From Vitrella brassicaformis CCMP3155 (lineage: Eukaryota; Protista; Chromerida): a stretch of DNA of 64,000 bases. The position numbers and the translations under genes were made by a program. Where the stretch lies: NCBI GenBank assembly GCA_001179505.1, contig CDMY01000738.1, positions 186,001-250,000 on the forward strand. The letters run 5' to 3'. The notes under the pieces were generated by a model. That model searched no databases and was not told the DNA's origin. It was given only the letters and a program-made list of their open reading frames with translations. Positions 42,651 through 54,594 of this stretch are shown here, in pieces (the first letter of the stretch is position 1; the number at the start of each line of letters is the position of its first letter).

Positions 42651-42998
42651 GAAGGCCTCACTCGAGGAAGCCAGGTTGTCCGGTGCTCCCGAGACGCTGA
42701 AGGCCCCGTTGCTTATAGCGACTTCGAGCAAAGCAGAATCCCTCTACCTCACTGCGGCCTGCGTGCCACGAGCGGTGCGTGAAGCTTTTCCCTTTTCCCT
42801 TTTCAACTGCGAGCTCCCCATCGTTTGCGAGCTTAGCTCTGATGAAGATCTGGGAGCAGCACCAGCACGGCTAGGCCAGCAGCCTCTGGATTCAGCCGTT
42901 CATCTTTGTATCTCGAACAAGGAAGCTCATTCTTCTTCGACTCAGCTTTGAGCTTTGGTGATGATGAGTGGCTCAATTGGAGGGATCTCATCGCAAGC

Positions 42999-45900
42999 AT
43001 GAAGATTATGCATTCCTCTCCCGCCATAGCCCTAGTCCTCGCCCTCTCTCTCACCTCTGTTCGCGCCTTCGCGCCGCAACCCACGCAAATACCTCGGCTG
43101 CTGTCGCGCAACCATGCCTCACGGGTCCGCCAGGCCAGCCAGGGGCCTCTTAGGGCGCCAGCTGGTGTGCGGCTGATGGCGCTGGATGAGGCGACGGGCG
43201 GTGGTGGGTCGATTGACCCACAGACCATTGCCCTGATTGCGTCCCCCCTCGTGGCTGCGGCGTTTGCCTTCGCTTTTGCCTTCACCAATGAGAAGCAGAA
43301 ACTCGCGGATGCAGGTGGGCTGTTCTGGGCAGGGTGGGCAGCGAAATGGAGGGCACCTGTCTGTGTGAGTTGAGTAGGTGTGGAGGTAAAGGATTTCGTC
43401 CCGTCGGTGTCGTTGACGGAGAACGGCAAGATCCAAAGCAAGCTGAGGAGCGTGCGGCTGCCAAGCGGCTTCGAGGCGCTGCTGATCTCCGACCCCAACG
43501 TGCCCAACCCCACTGCATGCCTGGCCCTCAAGGCCGGACAGTGGGAGGAACCGGCCTACGCGAGCGGACTCGCGCACCTCTGCGAACACATGCTCTGGGG
43601 AGGAGATATCATGGTCAGGGAGGGGGGGGCGGGCAGCACACAGACTCACATATGCCCATACGAAGCGGTGTGTGTCTGCGTGTCTGTCTGGTTGCTTCTG
43701 TGCGATCTTCCGTCAGTCAAAGGCGGCGTGGACGGAGGCGCTGACGCGGCCGCGGACGACGTCGTATGGGATGGTGATGAGCGACGTGCGGCCGGGCCCC
43801 GGCAACAAGGACAAGATCACACAGCCGCTGCAGACACTGGCGCAGCAGTTCTACGACACGTTCTTTGTTGACGAAGTCGTTATCAAAGAGGTGAGTGGTG
43901 CCACTGCTTCCGTGTGTGTGGGCGGCGGAATGGATGGATGGATGGATGGCGCTGGTGTGTGTGTGTGTGTGTGCAGATGAAGGTGCTCGACAGCGAGTTC
44001 AAGTTCTTCAAGTCCAACGACGCCAACAGGATTGGCAATCTCTTCAGGGACAAAACCGCCAACCCCAAGCACCCTTTCGCCAGGTACACTCACTCACACA
44101 TACATCTGGCGACGAAAGGCAGGCCACATCTGTGTCTGTCTGCCTTCTGGTTGACCAGGTTTGGTATCGGCAACGCGCGGACTCTCTCATCGTCCGGCAA
44201 GAACCCCACAGACGAGCTGCAGGGCTTCTACGACGAGTGGTACAGCGCCAACCTGATGCGCCTTGTCGTCGCCAGCAGGGAAGACCTCAGCACCATGCAG
44301 GACTGGGTCATCCGCTACTTCAGCGAGATCCCCAACCGCAACGCGCCAGAATCGCTGTCATATGACGACATGTCGCCATTTGACCCCACTAAGACAGGTG
44401 CGCCACACACACGACGAGAGTTCTGATGTATTGTGCTCTTCCACTCACCCAGGCAATCTGTTCCGTGTGGTGCCCGTGGCCAAGAACAAGCGCACCATCC
44501 AGTTCTACATCCCCTTCGAGGCCCCGCGCGGCAGCGAATACGCCGAGTCCAAGCCATGGCGGTTCCTGGAGGCCATCATGAACGTCGATGACCCTTCCGT
44601 GAGCAAGTACATCGAGGAGCGCCGCAGCGAGGGGATCCTCCTGCGGTCGCCCTTTGGCTTCTTCGGCATCACGCTCACCCTCACGCCTCAGGCGGAGAGG
44701 GACCCCAAGGCCGTCGAAGAAGTGCTTGGGTGAGTGTTGTGTTTGTGCGTGCAGATGCAGGGTGTGCGTGTCCGTGGGTCATGCGTGTGTGTGTTGATTT
44801 GTGTGTGCAGGTCGATCTATCGTCGGCTGTCTAATTTCCGGCCGGGGCAGAAGAGCCCTGATACGGGTGGGTCGGTGGGTCGGTGGTGTGGGCGAACACA
44901 AAAGCACTTGTATGTGTCCTGTCCGCCCCTGCAATCTATCTCTGTTTTGTGTGGTGGTTGGCCTATCATCTGCAGATTTTGAGAGGGAGATTGACCAGCT
45001 GTTCGGTCAGTTCCGCACGCCGCAGCCCATCTTTGACGACTTTGATATGGCGCCACTCGACAGGCCCTACACACTCGTCCGACGGGTAGGGAGGGACACC
45101 AACACAGGCCAGTGCACCGCACCCAACACAGACAGGCTTCCCTTCCACGATCCTCTTCCCTGTGTCCGGGTTATCCCACGAGCAGATTGCGCAGGACTTC
45201 CTGGATGTGTCAGCCGAGGAGGCCATCACCGACTCCCAGACAGTCAGGTGGGACCGCGCCATCCTCTCCAGGTTCGTCGAGCGGTACATGACGCCGCAAA
45301 ACAGCCAAATATTCGTCGCCATGCCCACATACGAAGCACAGGTCGGACACATAAGAGGGAGCAACACATCCACACTCATACGGCTGCTGGTTTCCCCAAT
45401 TCAGGCGCTGTCGAAGACCGCGAAAAGGGATGGCTGGCAGGAGGACGACATATTCGGCTCCTTCTACAAGCAGGAGCCCCTTCCGAAGTCAATCATCCAG
45501 GCTTTCAATCAGGGCGTCACGGAGACGTCCATGCCAGCGCCTGCGGCCACGCCAGACACCACACAAGAGCCTGCAAAAGCCCCCGCTACCCCTGCCGCCA
45601 AGGCGCCGTCAGCAACACCTGCAGCTGCGAAGGAGGAGGTAATGGTCTGACTACAGCACACGAGCAGAGCGACACATTGCAGCTGTGCATTGCCCGTGTG
45701 GGGCATGTCATGTGTGTCAGGCCGTCAAGGGCCCGGGTGTGTACAAGGTGGTAGACCAGGCGGGCATCAGGGGCTACCTCGGCTGGGGTGTCAGCGAGGA
45801 GGGCGAAGAAAGCGACCGTGTGGAGGGCCGCGTCATGCTCCAGCTCAGCGAGCCCCTCCCCCTCTCCCCCACAGACACCGCCAGGCAGTCTCTGCCCTTC

Positions 45901-47658
45901 CCCGGCGATGCAGACCGGTCCGCCCCGCTCCCATCCATCGCATCACACCTCGTCTCGGCCGTGCTAGAAGACCTTCTCTCGCAAGATGATTCGCTCGACC
46001 GGCTGTCGATACAGCCTAAGGGCACAGCAGGGGTGGCTGGGGAGGGGCTGGAGGTGTCTTTCTCGGGACCGGGGGGCGTGGCGGATGTCGCCAGCCTGCT
46101 GGAGGGCGTCAGGGAGGTGCTTGCTAAGGGTGATAGAGACAAGATGGAGAGGGCTTTCGAGCGGGCGAAGGGGCGGTTGTTGGATGAGGTGCGGGAGTTG
46201 TGTGCGCGGCGTCCGCAGTACCTGTCGGACATTCAGCGGCGGTCGGCTGTGAGGGAGGTGCTATCGCCTCAGGCAGCGATACCCGAAGAGATGCTGCCCA
46301 TTCTGGTGAGGAAACATACATACCCGAGAAGACTCGTGGATCCGTTCTGTCTGTTTGTCCATGTGTGTCGTGTGTGTGTGTGTGTTTTCCAGGAGGGTGA
46401 CAGGGTATCTTTCGGGTGGTTCACGTCGCTCCTCCCCCGCTGGACCAGCCTCTCGTCCGCAGCGATCCTCCTACACATCAACGATCCACGGCCAACAGTC
46501 AGGACGCGCCTCATCGACTCGCTCTCGCGTGCAGCCAAGGTGCTGGAGCCATCAGTTGCGCCAGCTGCAGCTCCTGTCAGCGCGCCTCTAGACTACCTGA
46601 GGGCGCCGCTGGGCGAGGATGGACTTGCCTATGAGAGGGAGTGCCGGTCTGTTGGCGATGAGAACGCCATGGCTGAGGTGGTCTTCCAAATCATACCTGA
46701 GGACCTTTGGAGCCAAAAAGAGGTGAGAATGGACAGACAGACAGACAGACAGACAGAGGGAGGGTGGGAGGGGATCATGGTGAGTGTTTGTGCAGTGGGT
46801 GGGGCAGAAGGGCGAGAGCCCCTGCAGCGTGCCGGTCAACGTGGAGGCTGTTCTTCGTGTGGTCCGCTACACCATGGTCGACTCACTGCGCAGAGTCATC
46901 AGGGAACAGATGCAATACGGGTAAACCAAGCCACCCACCCCACCGACCCATCGATCCCTCTCTTGTGTCAACATGCAGGTACGTCGTCTCATCATGGCTG
47001 GAGCCGCTGGGCGCCTCCTACCTTCTCCGGCTGACCGTCGTCTCGTCGACAGCCCCACCCTCTACCCTCACAGCGGCTATCGAGCAGTGGCTGTCGACAT
47101 ACGAGGCCAGCGACCTCACTGACGAGGCCATCCGGTCGGCAGTGGCCGAGTGCATGAGCAACAGGGACATGCTGGGCGACCGGGAGGGGCCGTCAAGGAC
47201 GGCAGCCGACGCGCTGTGGAGGGACGTCGTCTACCAGCCCGATCGAGATGAGAGGTCCGCAACAGCACACAAACCAGCCCGTGTGTGGGTGTGTACGTGT
47301 CTCTCTGTCTGTGTGTGCAGGTGGTGTGACGTCGGCTCAGAGGTGGTGTCATCGCGGCGGGCCAGCCTAGAGTCGCTGTTGAGCGATCCCGCCAGGAGGC
47401 GGGCGCTCGTCAGCCAACCGCGAGTGGCGGAGTTCGTTCAGACATTCCTCTCGCGAAAGGCACCGTTCAGGCGGAAAGTCACCCTGCAGGTCAGCAGAAC
47501 GCAGCACGATGTGAGCAGTGTGGACCACCTGGTCTCCCTCCGTGTCGTCTGTGCAGGTGTCGAATCCGAATGTGCCGCCACAGCAGCAGCAGCAGCAGCA
47601 GCAGGAGGAGGAATTGCAGAAAGAGGAAGCGCCGCTGCCCGTTGAGACACCAAGATGA
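42999..47658 (+). CDS. M16 (insulysin/pitrilysin-like) zinc peptidase with bipartite plastid-type leader
   Basis: Signal ending VRA-FAP; EALLISDP, GLAHLCEHML (HxxEH), EMKVLDSE, HPFARFGIGN, FYDEWYSANLMRLVV; ends QQQEEELQKEEAPLPVETPR*. Confidence 0.9.
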
Positions 47659-47835
47659 CGGCCGAAACCAACACACCTTCCTGCAGGTGTTTGTGAGAGG
47701 GGAGGGAGAGGTTTGTGAATGCAGTGAGCCATTTACGTTGATCGGACAGACAGACAGACAGACAGACAGGCCTGAGAGAGTGCGTGGTTTTCATGCCATC
47801 CATCCATTTTTCGGGCGCTGTTCCTTCCTTCCGTC

Positions 47836-47941
47836 ATTGATAAGAGCTGGGTGTGGTGGGCGTTCCCTCCTTCCTCGTCTTGTGTCTCGTTCATGAATTT
47901 TTCTCTGAAGGAATGCGTTCTGCATCCATCGATCCACTGAC
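47836..47941. repeat. Dispersed repeat, copy A
   Basis: Collinear with 53119-53211: ttgataa..agctgggt..tgggcgt, tgtgtctc.ttcatgaatttt.ctctgaa, catccat..atcca.tgac. Confidence 0.7.
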
Positions 47942-48181
47942 TTGTGGATGATGAATGAATGAATGAATGAGGCCGCCACGCTGCGAGCTGAGTGCACGAC
48001 GAATCTCATCTCTGGCTGCTAGTCGTCAACATTCAACTCAACCACTCAACTCAGGCAGGCACCCTAACTACAGTCCGCGAGACAGGCACACCACACACAT
48101 CCCCATCCCAACGTCACGAGGTGCTACAACCACCACACTTCTCGGCGATCGACATGGGCGGCATAACCAGGCAAGTGTCGC

Positions 48182-49555
48182 TCATGGCAGTAGGCCGACC
48201 GCCTCATTTTCCAGTCCAAGTGACCTCAAGAGCTGCCGCACGGCGGCCACCGTAACAGGGAACCGCTCACCGACCGTCGCCCCATCCGCCACCACCGCCT
48301 CGCTCGTCCTGACCACGATTTGCCCTTCATAGAGAGACACTGACGCCACGACAGAGCCGCCACCCAGTAGCAGCCCCACAATTCGCATTGGTACGTGAAG
48401 ACCTGGTGGTTCCCTCCACAATTCCACTTGCAAATCGATGACGAACATGTCAGATTTGCCGCTGAGGTCATTCTGCAGCAGGGCACGATAGCCAGCATGA
48501 CGCAACCCCACTGTCACATCGAGGACGACATTACCGCGGCCCCGATAACCGAGCCGCTGCAGCAAAGTGTCGAGGGCAAACTCGCTGAAGGAGCGGTAGA
48601 TATGGTGGTTCGACGAGAAGTCACAGCTGACGGGTGGGTCAGTGTCTCGACAGGTGCGACGAATGAATGGATTCAAGTGCCACAGCTCGTCTCGCCCGAT
48701 GACGCGGAACCGCCTCTCTCCGAGACGATACCACTGCACCGCCCGCCTCCTGTGGTGGAGCACCCATGCCATTTGCAATCCAAATGCGACGGCAAAAAGA
48801 AGAATGAGCCCGCCAGCCAAGATGCTAAGCACCAAGGCAGCGAGCCAGCACAATATGGTCCGGTCCGAGAGCCGGCCACTGCGGACGGCATGGTAGCAAT
48901 CCAACGTGCTTGACAAGAGAAGCCAAGCGCACCCCACCAGATAGAAAAAGTAAACGGCTGCAGTCAGGAGTTGCACCAGCGGACGGGTCGGCAAGGCCGC
49001 GACAAAGGTCCCCGCTCTGCCGGCCTCGGTGAGGTGAGCGCCGCCGTCCTCGGTGAGGTGAGCGTCGCCGCCGTAGACATGGCCAAATATCTTGTTAACG
49101 GCCATAGCAGCGGGCAGCCGATGGAAGCTGGCCTTGTCGGGAAGGTGAGCCGCCACTCTCTCAGCCGAGAGTACGAGGGGCAGTGGGCGACCCACACCAC
49201 AGGCACTCGCCACCCTGATAAATGCGGCCATCATCCGCCACTCAGCCGCCCGCTCGATGACGTACGCACAGCGAGCGAGATACCCGAATCGCGAGAGGGA
49301 TGGTGGGAGTGGAGGGGCTGCGGCATCGACGCCGCGGTCCCTCTCCACATCAATGAGGCCAGTGGGCTGCTGCTGGGCGAGGGAGCTGCTGATGCGATGA
49401 AGTAGAAACTCCTCATGGATCAGTTGAGTGCCGTAAGCCTTGCCGACCACCTGGAGCCGCACGGCATCGTCAACGGGCAGAAGGGGGATGACCACACGGG
49501 CAAAGACGTCAGCAGGGAGCCCTTGATCACCGTCAGCAATGCCAGCGACCGGCAA
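48182..49555 (-). CDS. Lineage-expanded F-box-like family protein with inserted two-helix membrane segment
   Basis: 457-codon uninterrupted frame; LPADVFARVVIPLLPVDDAVRL, DPPV, RTSEAVV...ERFP match the family at 6320-7805. The ORF starts at TTG, so the true start exon is unresolved. Confidence 0.65.
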   Translation of the reverse strand: MPVAGIADGDQGLPADVFARVVIPLLPVDDAVRLQVVGKAYGTQLIHEEFLLHRISSSLAQQQPTGLIDVERDRGVDAAAPPLPPSLSRFGYLARCAYVIERAAEWRMMAAFIRVASACGVGRPLPLVLSAERVAAHLPDKASFHRLPAAMAVNKIFGHVYGGDAHLTEDGGAHLTEAGRAGTFVAALPTRPLVQLLTAAVYFFYLVGCAWLLLSSTLDCYHAVRSGRLSDRTILCWLAALVLSILAGGLILLFAVAFGLQMAWVLHHRRRAVQWYRLGERRFRVIGRDELWHLNPFIRRTCRDTDPPVSCDFSSNHHIYRSFSEFALDTLLQRLGYRGRGNVVLDVTVGLRHAGYRALLQNDLSGKSDMFVIDLQVELWREPPGLHVPMRIVGLLLGGGSVVASVSLYEGQIVVRTSEAVVADGATVGERFPVTVAAVRQLLRSLGLENEAVGLLP

Positions 49556-49744
49556 GGCTGAACCTGGTAATCATCATCATGATCACAGGAGGCTGACAGC
49601 ATGCAGCTGACGGCCTGAGAGTGCGTTGTTGTCATGCCATTTTTCGGGCACCGTTGCAGCTGCAGCTTCATCGTCATGGTTTTTTCGGGAATCCTTTCTC
49701 CGTCAAACCTTTTCTCCGCTAGATGAAGCTCGCCCTTTGGCTCC

Positions 49745-51010
49745 ATGGATGGCCTCCCCCCAACATCGTCCACTACGCTGCAACGGTGCATCCTCGCCTG
49801 CGAGCGCGAGCGGCACGGTCGTTTGGTGCGCCACGTCCTCCGACGACGGCCAGATCTGCGTCCGGCCAGATCTTCTCCAACAACGCAGCGGAGGGAGGAG
49901 CTTGTTTCGTTTGACGTCCAAGTCTTTGGCAAAGAACGCTCGAAACACCTGACTTGGACGTCCTCTCGTTGCCGCCAAGCCTCTCGTTTCCCTCCTGATG
50001 CTCCCCTCCGTGAGGTCATCATCAGGTGCGACCGAGCGAGCCTATGGTCCATCGTGCAGCTCTTCCTCACAATCACCGACCATGGAAGCCTGGGCGAGGC
50101 TCTGAGGGACAGGCTGCAAGTGTTTGAGGACAACCGGGGAGCCTCACTGCCCATGCCGCAAATCGGTACGCGTGTTGACTTGCCCACCCTACACACATGC
50201 CTACGCCATTTGCCGCCCAATGCAGTGCGATTGGCGCCCAGCAGGAGTGGCGGCAGGATGTCCGGCGCACTCCAAGAGCTCAGCGAAGTAAGTGGGTGCC
50301 CGACACACACAAAACGCACAAATGCCTGATGTGTGTGCATTGCGTGCGTAGGTACATGAAGAAGATGGGTATGCAGCTCAAGGAGAATCTGAAGGAGCTG
50401 CAGGAGGCCATAAGTGCTGGACTGAAGGAGGACCTTAAAGAGGTCTGCTGGGAGGGAGGCACGGCGTGATGCACAAATAAACGCGGCACAGCTCCTCCGG
50501 TGTGTGTGTGTGTGTCTTGGTGCACTGCAGGTGAGCCAGGGCATGAAGCGGATCAACGAGGCCATCAGAAAGCGATTGAAGAGGAAGCACGAGAACGGCA
50601 GAGATACCAACGACAACCACCAGAAGGTTCCCCCACAGCCATCTCGGTACACACCATTCATCTGGACACAGCATGCTGAACAGCATAGATGGTGTGTGTG
50701 TGTATGCGTGTGTGTATGCGTGTGTGTTGCATCTCTCTTATGTGTCCGACAGCAGCGACTCGCCTCCTACCAGCAACACCCGCCGAAGATTTGCTGCCGC
50801 CTGCCAGACGATACAACAACAACAACAACAACAACAACAGCAGCAGCAGCACTACAGGCTGCCGTCAGTGAGCACCAGCGGAACACAGTGTGACCAAGAG
50901 CATCAAAGGGGCAAGAATGGCCCTGAGCCTACCACTCCTTCCGTGCCTGCCAGCACACGAGCACAGCACCGAGGTACGGATGTCTCCGCACATGTCGTGT
51001 GTGTGTACGG

Positions 51011-51042
<32 letters not shown>

Positions 51043-52597
51043 TGTCCAAGGTTCTGTGTCCTCAGCGATGGCGGCATTTGATGAGCTGGATGCCGTGTTT
51101 GACATCTTGGATGACGAGGTGGTCACCTTCCTCCTTGGCGAAGGCGGCCCTAATGGCTCGCTCTACGCTCTCTTCGAGTTTATACTCACTAGTCCTCTGT
51201 ACGAGGTGAGGCGTCTGGATCCATCCCACTTCGACTGTTCGTCGGTTAGCTCCTCGCTGTGTGTGTGACAGGCATCTGTTGCTGTATGGTGTGGGCGTGA
51301 CAAGATCATGCTGCGGAGGCTCGGGGAGCTGTTTGGCTCCGCAGCGCTTCACACTGGCATCATTGAAGCTGGCTTGACCGCCACGCGAATATTGTCCTGC
51401 CTCCGCCGTTGGATGCAGAGCTATGTCGATTATGCTGTCGCCCTGGGGTACCTGAGGAGCCCTATCGACACACAAGTAAGGATCGCGAGTAGATGTCTGT
51501 ATCGCGAGTGCATGTGTACCCATGCTTTTCAGATACGCACCAATGTGCTTGATGCGCTGCGATTTCTATGGGGCGATGGCGAAGCACAATTCAGGTGTGC
51601 GGTCCGCGAGTTCGTTCAGGGTTTCGTCAGCAACCTACCGGATTGGTTCTTCGTCAAGGCGGACGGAAGTGCTGCCCAGCAGCACTTCATGCGGTGTGTG
51701 CCATCATTGCCCCAGGGATTGCAGCAAGTATGAGTTCACGCACCAGGAATCATGTGAGACCCCCTCCTGCCGTACCCACCCCTGCTGTACTTCATGCAGA
51801 TTCTGGTCCAGAAGGCTTTCGCCGTCTTCATTGAGATAACCCGGGACAAGAGGCCTCTTATGCACACTTTTCCCTTCTCATTGAAGACCAGCTCGCCTCA
51901 TCAACGAGGAAGGCCCGAGAGACGCAGGCAAAGCTTGAGGATCAGAATCATCATATTGAGGACCTCTGCAGTGCGATTGCCAGTCGGGACCACAAGATCA
52001 AGCATCTCGCCTCATCAACGAGGAAGGCCCGAGAGACGCAGGCAAAGCTTGAGGGTCGGATAGAGGACCTCTGCGGTGCGATTGCCAGTCGGGACCACAA
52101 GATCAAGCATCTGGAGGAGAGCGTCAGCTACCACCGCCGGCTGCGAGTCAGAGGGCTGAAGTGCAAAGCAGTGGGATGCGCGGACGACCATGCGCGGCAC
52201 TTCTGCTGGAAATGCCATGACGAGGACTCCGACCACCGAGCAAGCAAGTGCCCCTACAGCGTCATTGTCTATCACCAGACAAGCCGAGAGTCGGCCGAGT
52301 CGATCAAGAACGATGGGATCGACATCAGCAAGTCTAGGCCGGGCTGGGCTGGGAAGGGGTTCTATGCGGCGAAATGCATTGAGGACACGGATGGCAAGGC
52401 GCAAGGGGGGAGAGGCTGGATAGTCAAGCTGGCTTTCCACCTTGGGCGCCCATTGGAAAAATGTCGATCACTCTCTGACACGGGAAAAGCAACGGAAATT
52501 GGGGTACAGCTCAGTGATTATTACACACACCAACACGATAGAGTATGTGGTATATGATCCGCGACGTGCGGAAGTGCTCGACGACTTTCCTCGATAG
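49745..52597 (+). CDS. Coiled-coil/polyQ protein with C-terminal double zinc finger and PARP-like ADP-ribosyltransferase domain (frameshifted near 52449)
   Basis: Exons join in frame by eye; CKAVGCADDHARHFCWKCHDEDSDHRASKC, then VYHQTS, GKGFYAA, VKLAFHLGR, and in the +1 frame LGYSSV...EYVVYDP. Confidence 0.65.
51892..52110 (+). repeat. Coding tandem repeat (114 + 105 bp) encoding coiled-coil units
   Basis: LASSTRKARETQAKLEDQNHHIEDLCSAIASRDHKIKH / LASSTRKARETQAKLEGRIEDLCGAIASRDHKIKH. Confidence 0.9.
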
Positions 52598-53118
52598 AGT
52601 GCATGTCGTACTGGGTCACATGTGGCTGTTCTTTGTGGCGTGCTGACTGGCTGGCTGTATGGCATATTACATAGTGGATGTGTGGTTTTGTGTGAGGTTT
52701 GTGTGCGACTGTGCCTATCTGCTGTGTCACACGTGTTCGTCTGGGTAAAATGCTGTGTTCGCTTTTTGAGTCTTCAGCAGTTTTTTACATGTTCTTGTTG
52801 GATTAGTGTAATGGACGATGTGCAATGGACGATTCTGCCTTTATTTCCGTGTGCCGTATGAGGGCGTGCGTATCTGTGAATGGACGTTCATATCGTGCTG
52901 CGATTGACAATGAATGAATCACTAGTATGAAACGATGGAAAGCTCCCCTCGGCCAATACCGTTTACGAAAGCAGGATGTCCCGTCCGGCTCTTGCCTACT
53001 CTCTCCATGAAGAGGCAAGAGAGAGAGAGAGACAATGGCGTGCTTCACAAACACGAAAATGAGAGTGGGTAGACATGTGCAGACAGACAGATGGAACAGA
53101 GAGTGCGCGCCTCATCAT

Positions 53119-53211
53119 TCGTTGATAAAGCTGGGTGGGCGTCCCTTGTGTGTGTCTCTTTCATGAATTTTCCTCTGAATGCGTGCGTCCTCCATCCATC
53201 CATCCATTGAC
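53119..53211. repeat. Dispersed repeat, copy B
   Basis: Same orientation and collinear with 47836-47941. Confidence 0.7.
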
Positions 53212-53624
53212 GAACGGAAGCACGAACCAACGGACGGACAGTGTGATAGATAACCCTTTCAATGACATTCAGTCATATCATCGTAATGGAACCTAGTGGC
53301 CCTTCAATTGACAAAAAGCCGACCGAGACAGTGGCGTGTTTCACAAACAGGAGGACAAGGCGTCCCATGTACCCGACGATGAAAAGGCGATGCAACGCCT
53401 TTCTGCCCTCCCTCCCTGGCTGGCTGAGTGGCTGGCGTCCTTCCCGACACGAACACACAACCAAGACCATCTAACCGCACTCACGCACGCAACTGACCAA
53501 AGCGACTACGCCGATTGACAAAGAACCACTGGCCAGACAGACACCCAGCGAGCCTCAAGGCCACGGCCTCTTTTCAGCCGAGCTGTTGAGGCCGAACTGG
53601 GAGGGTCCGGCCATCCAAGCCTGT

Positions 53625-54399
53625 TCATTCGGTCAGGCAATCGTCAAGTGAGCCGAAGCAGCACTTCTTCTCTCCCGCCGGCACGAAGCCAGTCACGGCT
53701 CCACAGCACGCCTCGAGGCGTTGGCTGTCGTCGGGCTTCTTGCCACACTCGCACTCACGGTTGCACTCCTTCATGCACTTCTTGAAGCACGCCTTCTCCA
53801 GGAAGAAAAACGGTGCTGACAGCAGACAGAAACCGCCGGCGCACGTCGGCGGAACCTCACAGACCTCGTCACACAGCTTAGTGCGGATGGCCTGAAGAAA
53901 TCCAGACAGACAGACAGACCCAATGGATGTATTATCATCAGGGGGGGTCGGTCGGTCAGGCAAAAGACTCACGCTGACGATGCCGGTGTGGATGTGATCC
54001 GGACACTCGCAGTCTCCCGAAGTGTCCTCACACGGCGGGTTATCGTAGCACCTATCACACACAGGAGAGTGTTTGTGCGTGCGTGTGGAGGTTACTTACT
54101 GAGGGTGGCTCCTGTCGATGCAGTCCGTGTCGACGTCACAATGGTCACAGCTGTCCCAGGGAGCACACGTCTGTCGGTCCGTCCTGCATGTGCCGAAGCA
54201 CGCGAACTCGCCAGGCTTGCAGCAGTGGCAGCATGTCACAGGAGGCTTGTCATCGCACCCGGCTTGGCTTGCAGCCTACACACACACACACACACACACA
54301 GCAGACGACAAACAGCTTAACCATGCCTCCATCACTGGGTTCCTCTCAGCTCACCACCAAGAATGCAGCAGCGAAGAGAAGAGCAAGAGTGAACTTCAT
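53625..54399 (-). CDS. Small secreted cysteine-rich protein (~185 aa, 29 Cys by my count)
   Basis: MKFTLALLFAAAFLV signal, four in-frame exons, CCHCC and CxxxCxxxCxC patterns. Confidence 0.8.
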
Positions 54400-54594
54400 G
54401 GTGCTGCTGAGTCTGAATGCGGGCTCGTGAAGGCACTCTTTGTGACGCTTTCGTCGCGCTTGCCAAGCAGATCTCGATGCGGCGGTTGGCTTGGATGAAC
54501 CCGAGATGCAATGACCTGAAGGATCCGAAGCAGCGAGACCGGGACAGAACGCCTCTCTCTAACGGATGCCGTTGCCGCCCTTCGTTGCCGGATC

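Noticed and set aside
53553-53590. Small hairpin ggcctc...gaggcc downstream of the Cys-rich gene (SECIS-like?)
   Set aside because: Short, imperfect stem; no in-frame UGA in the neighbouring genes.
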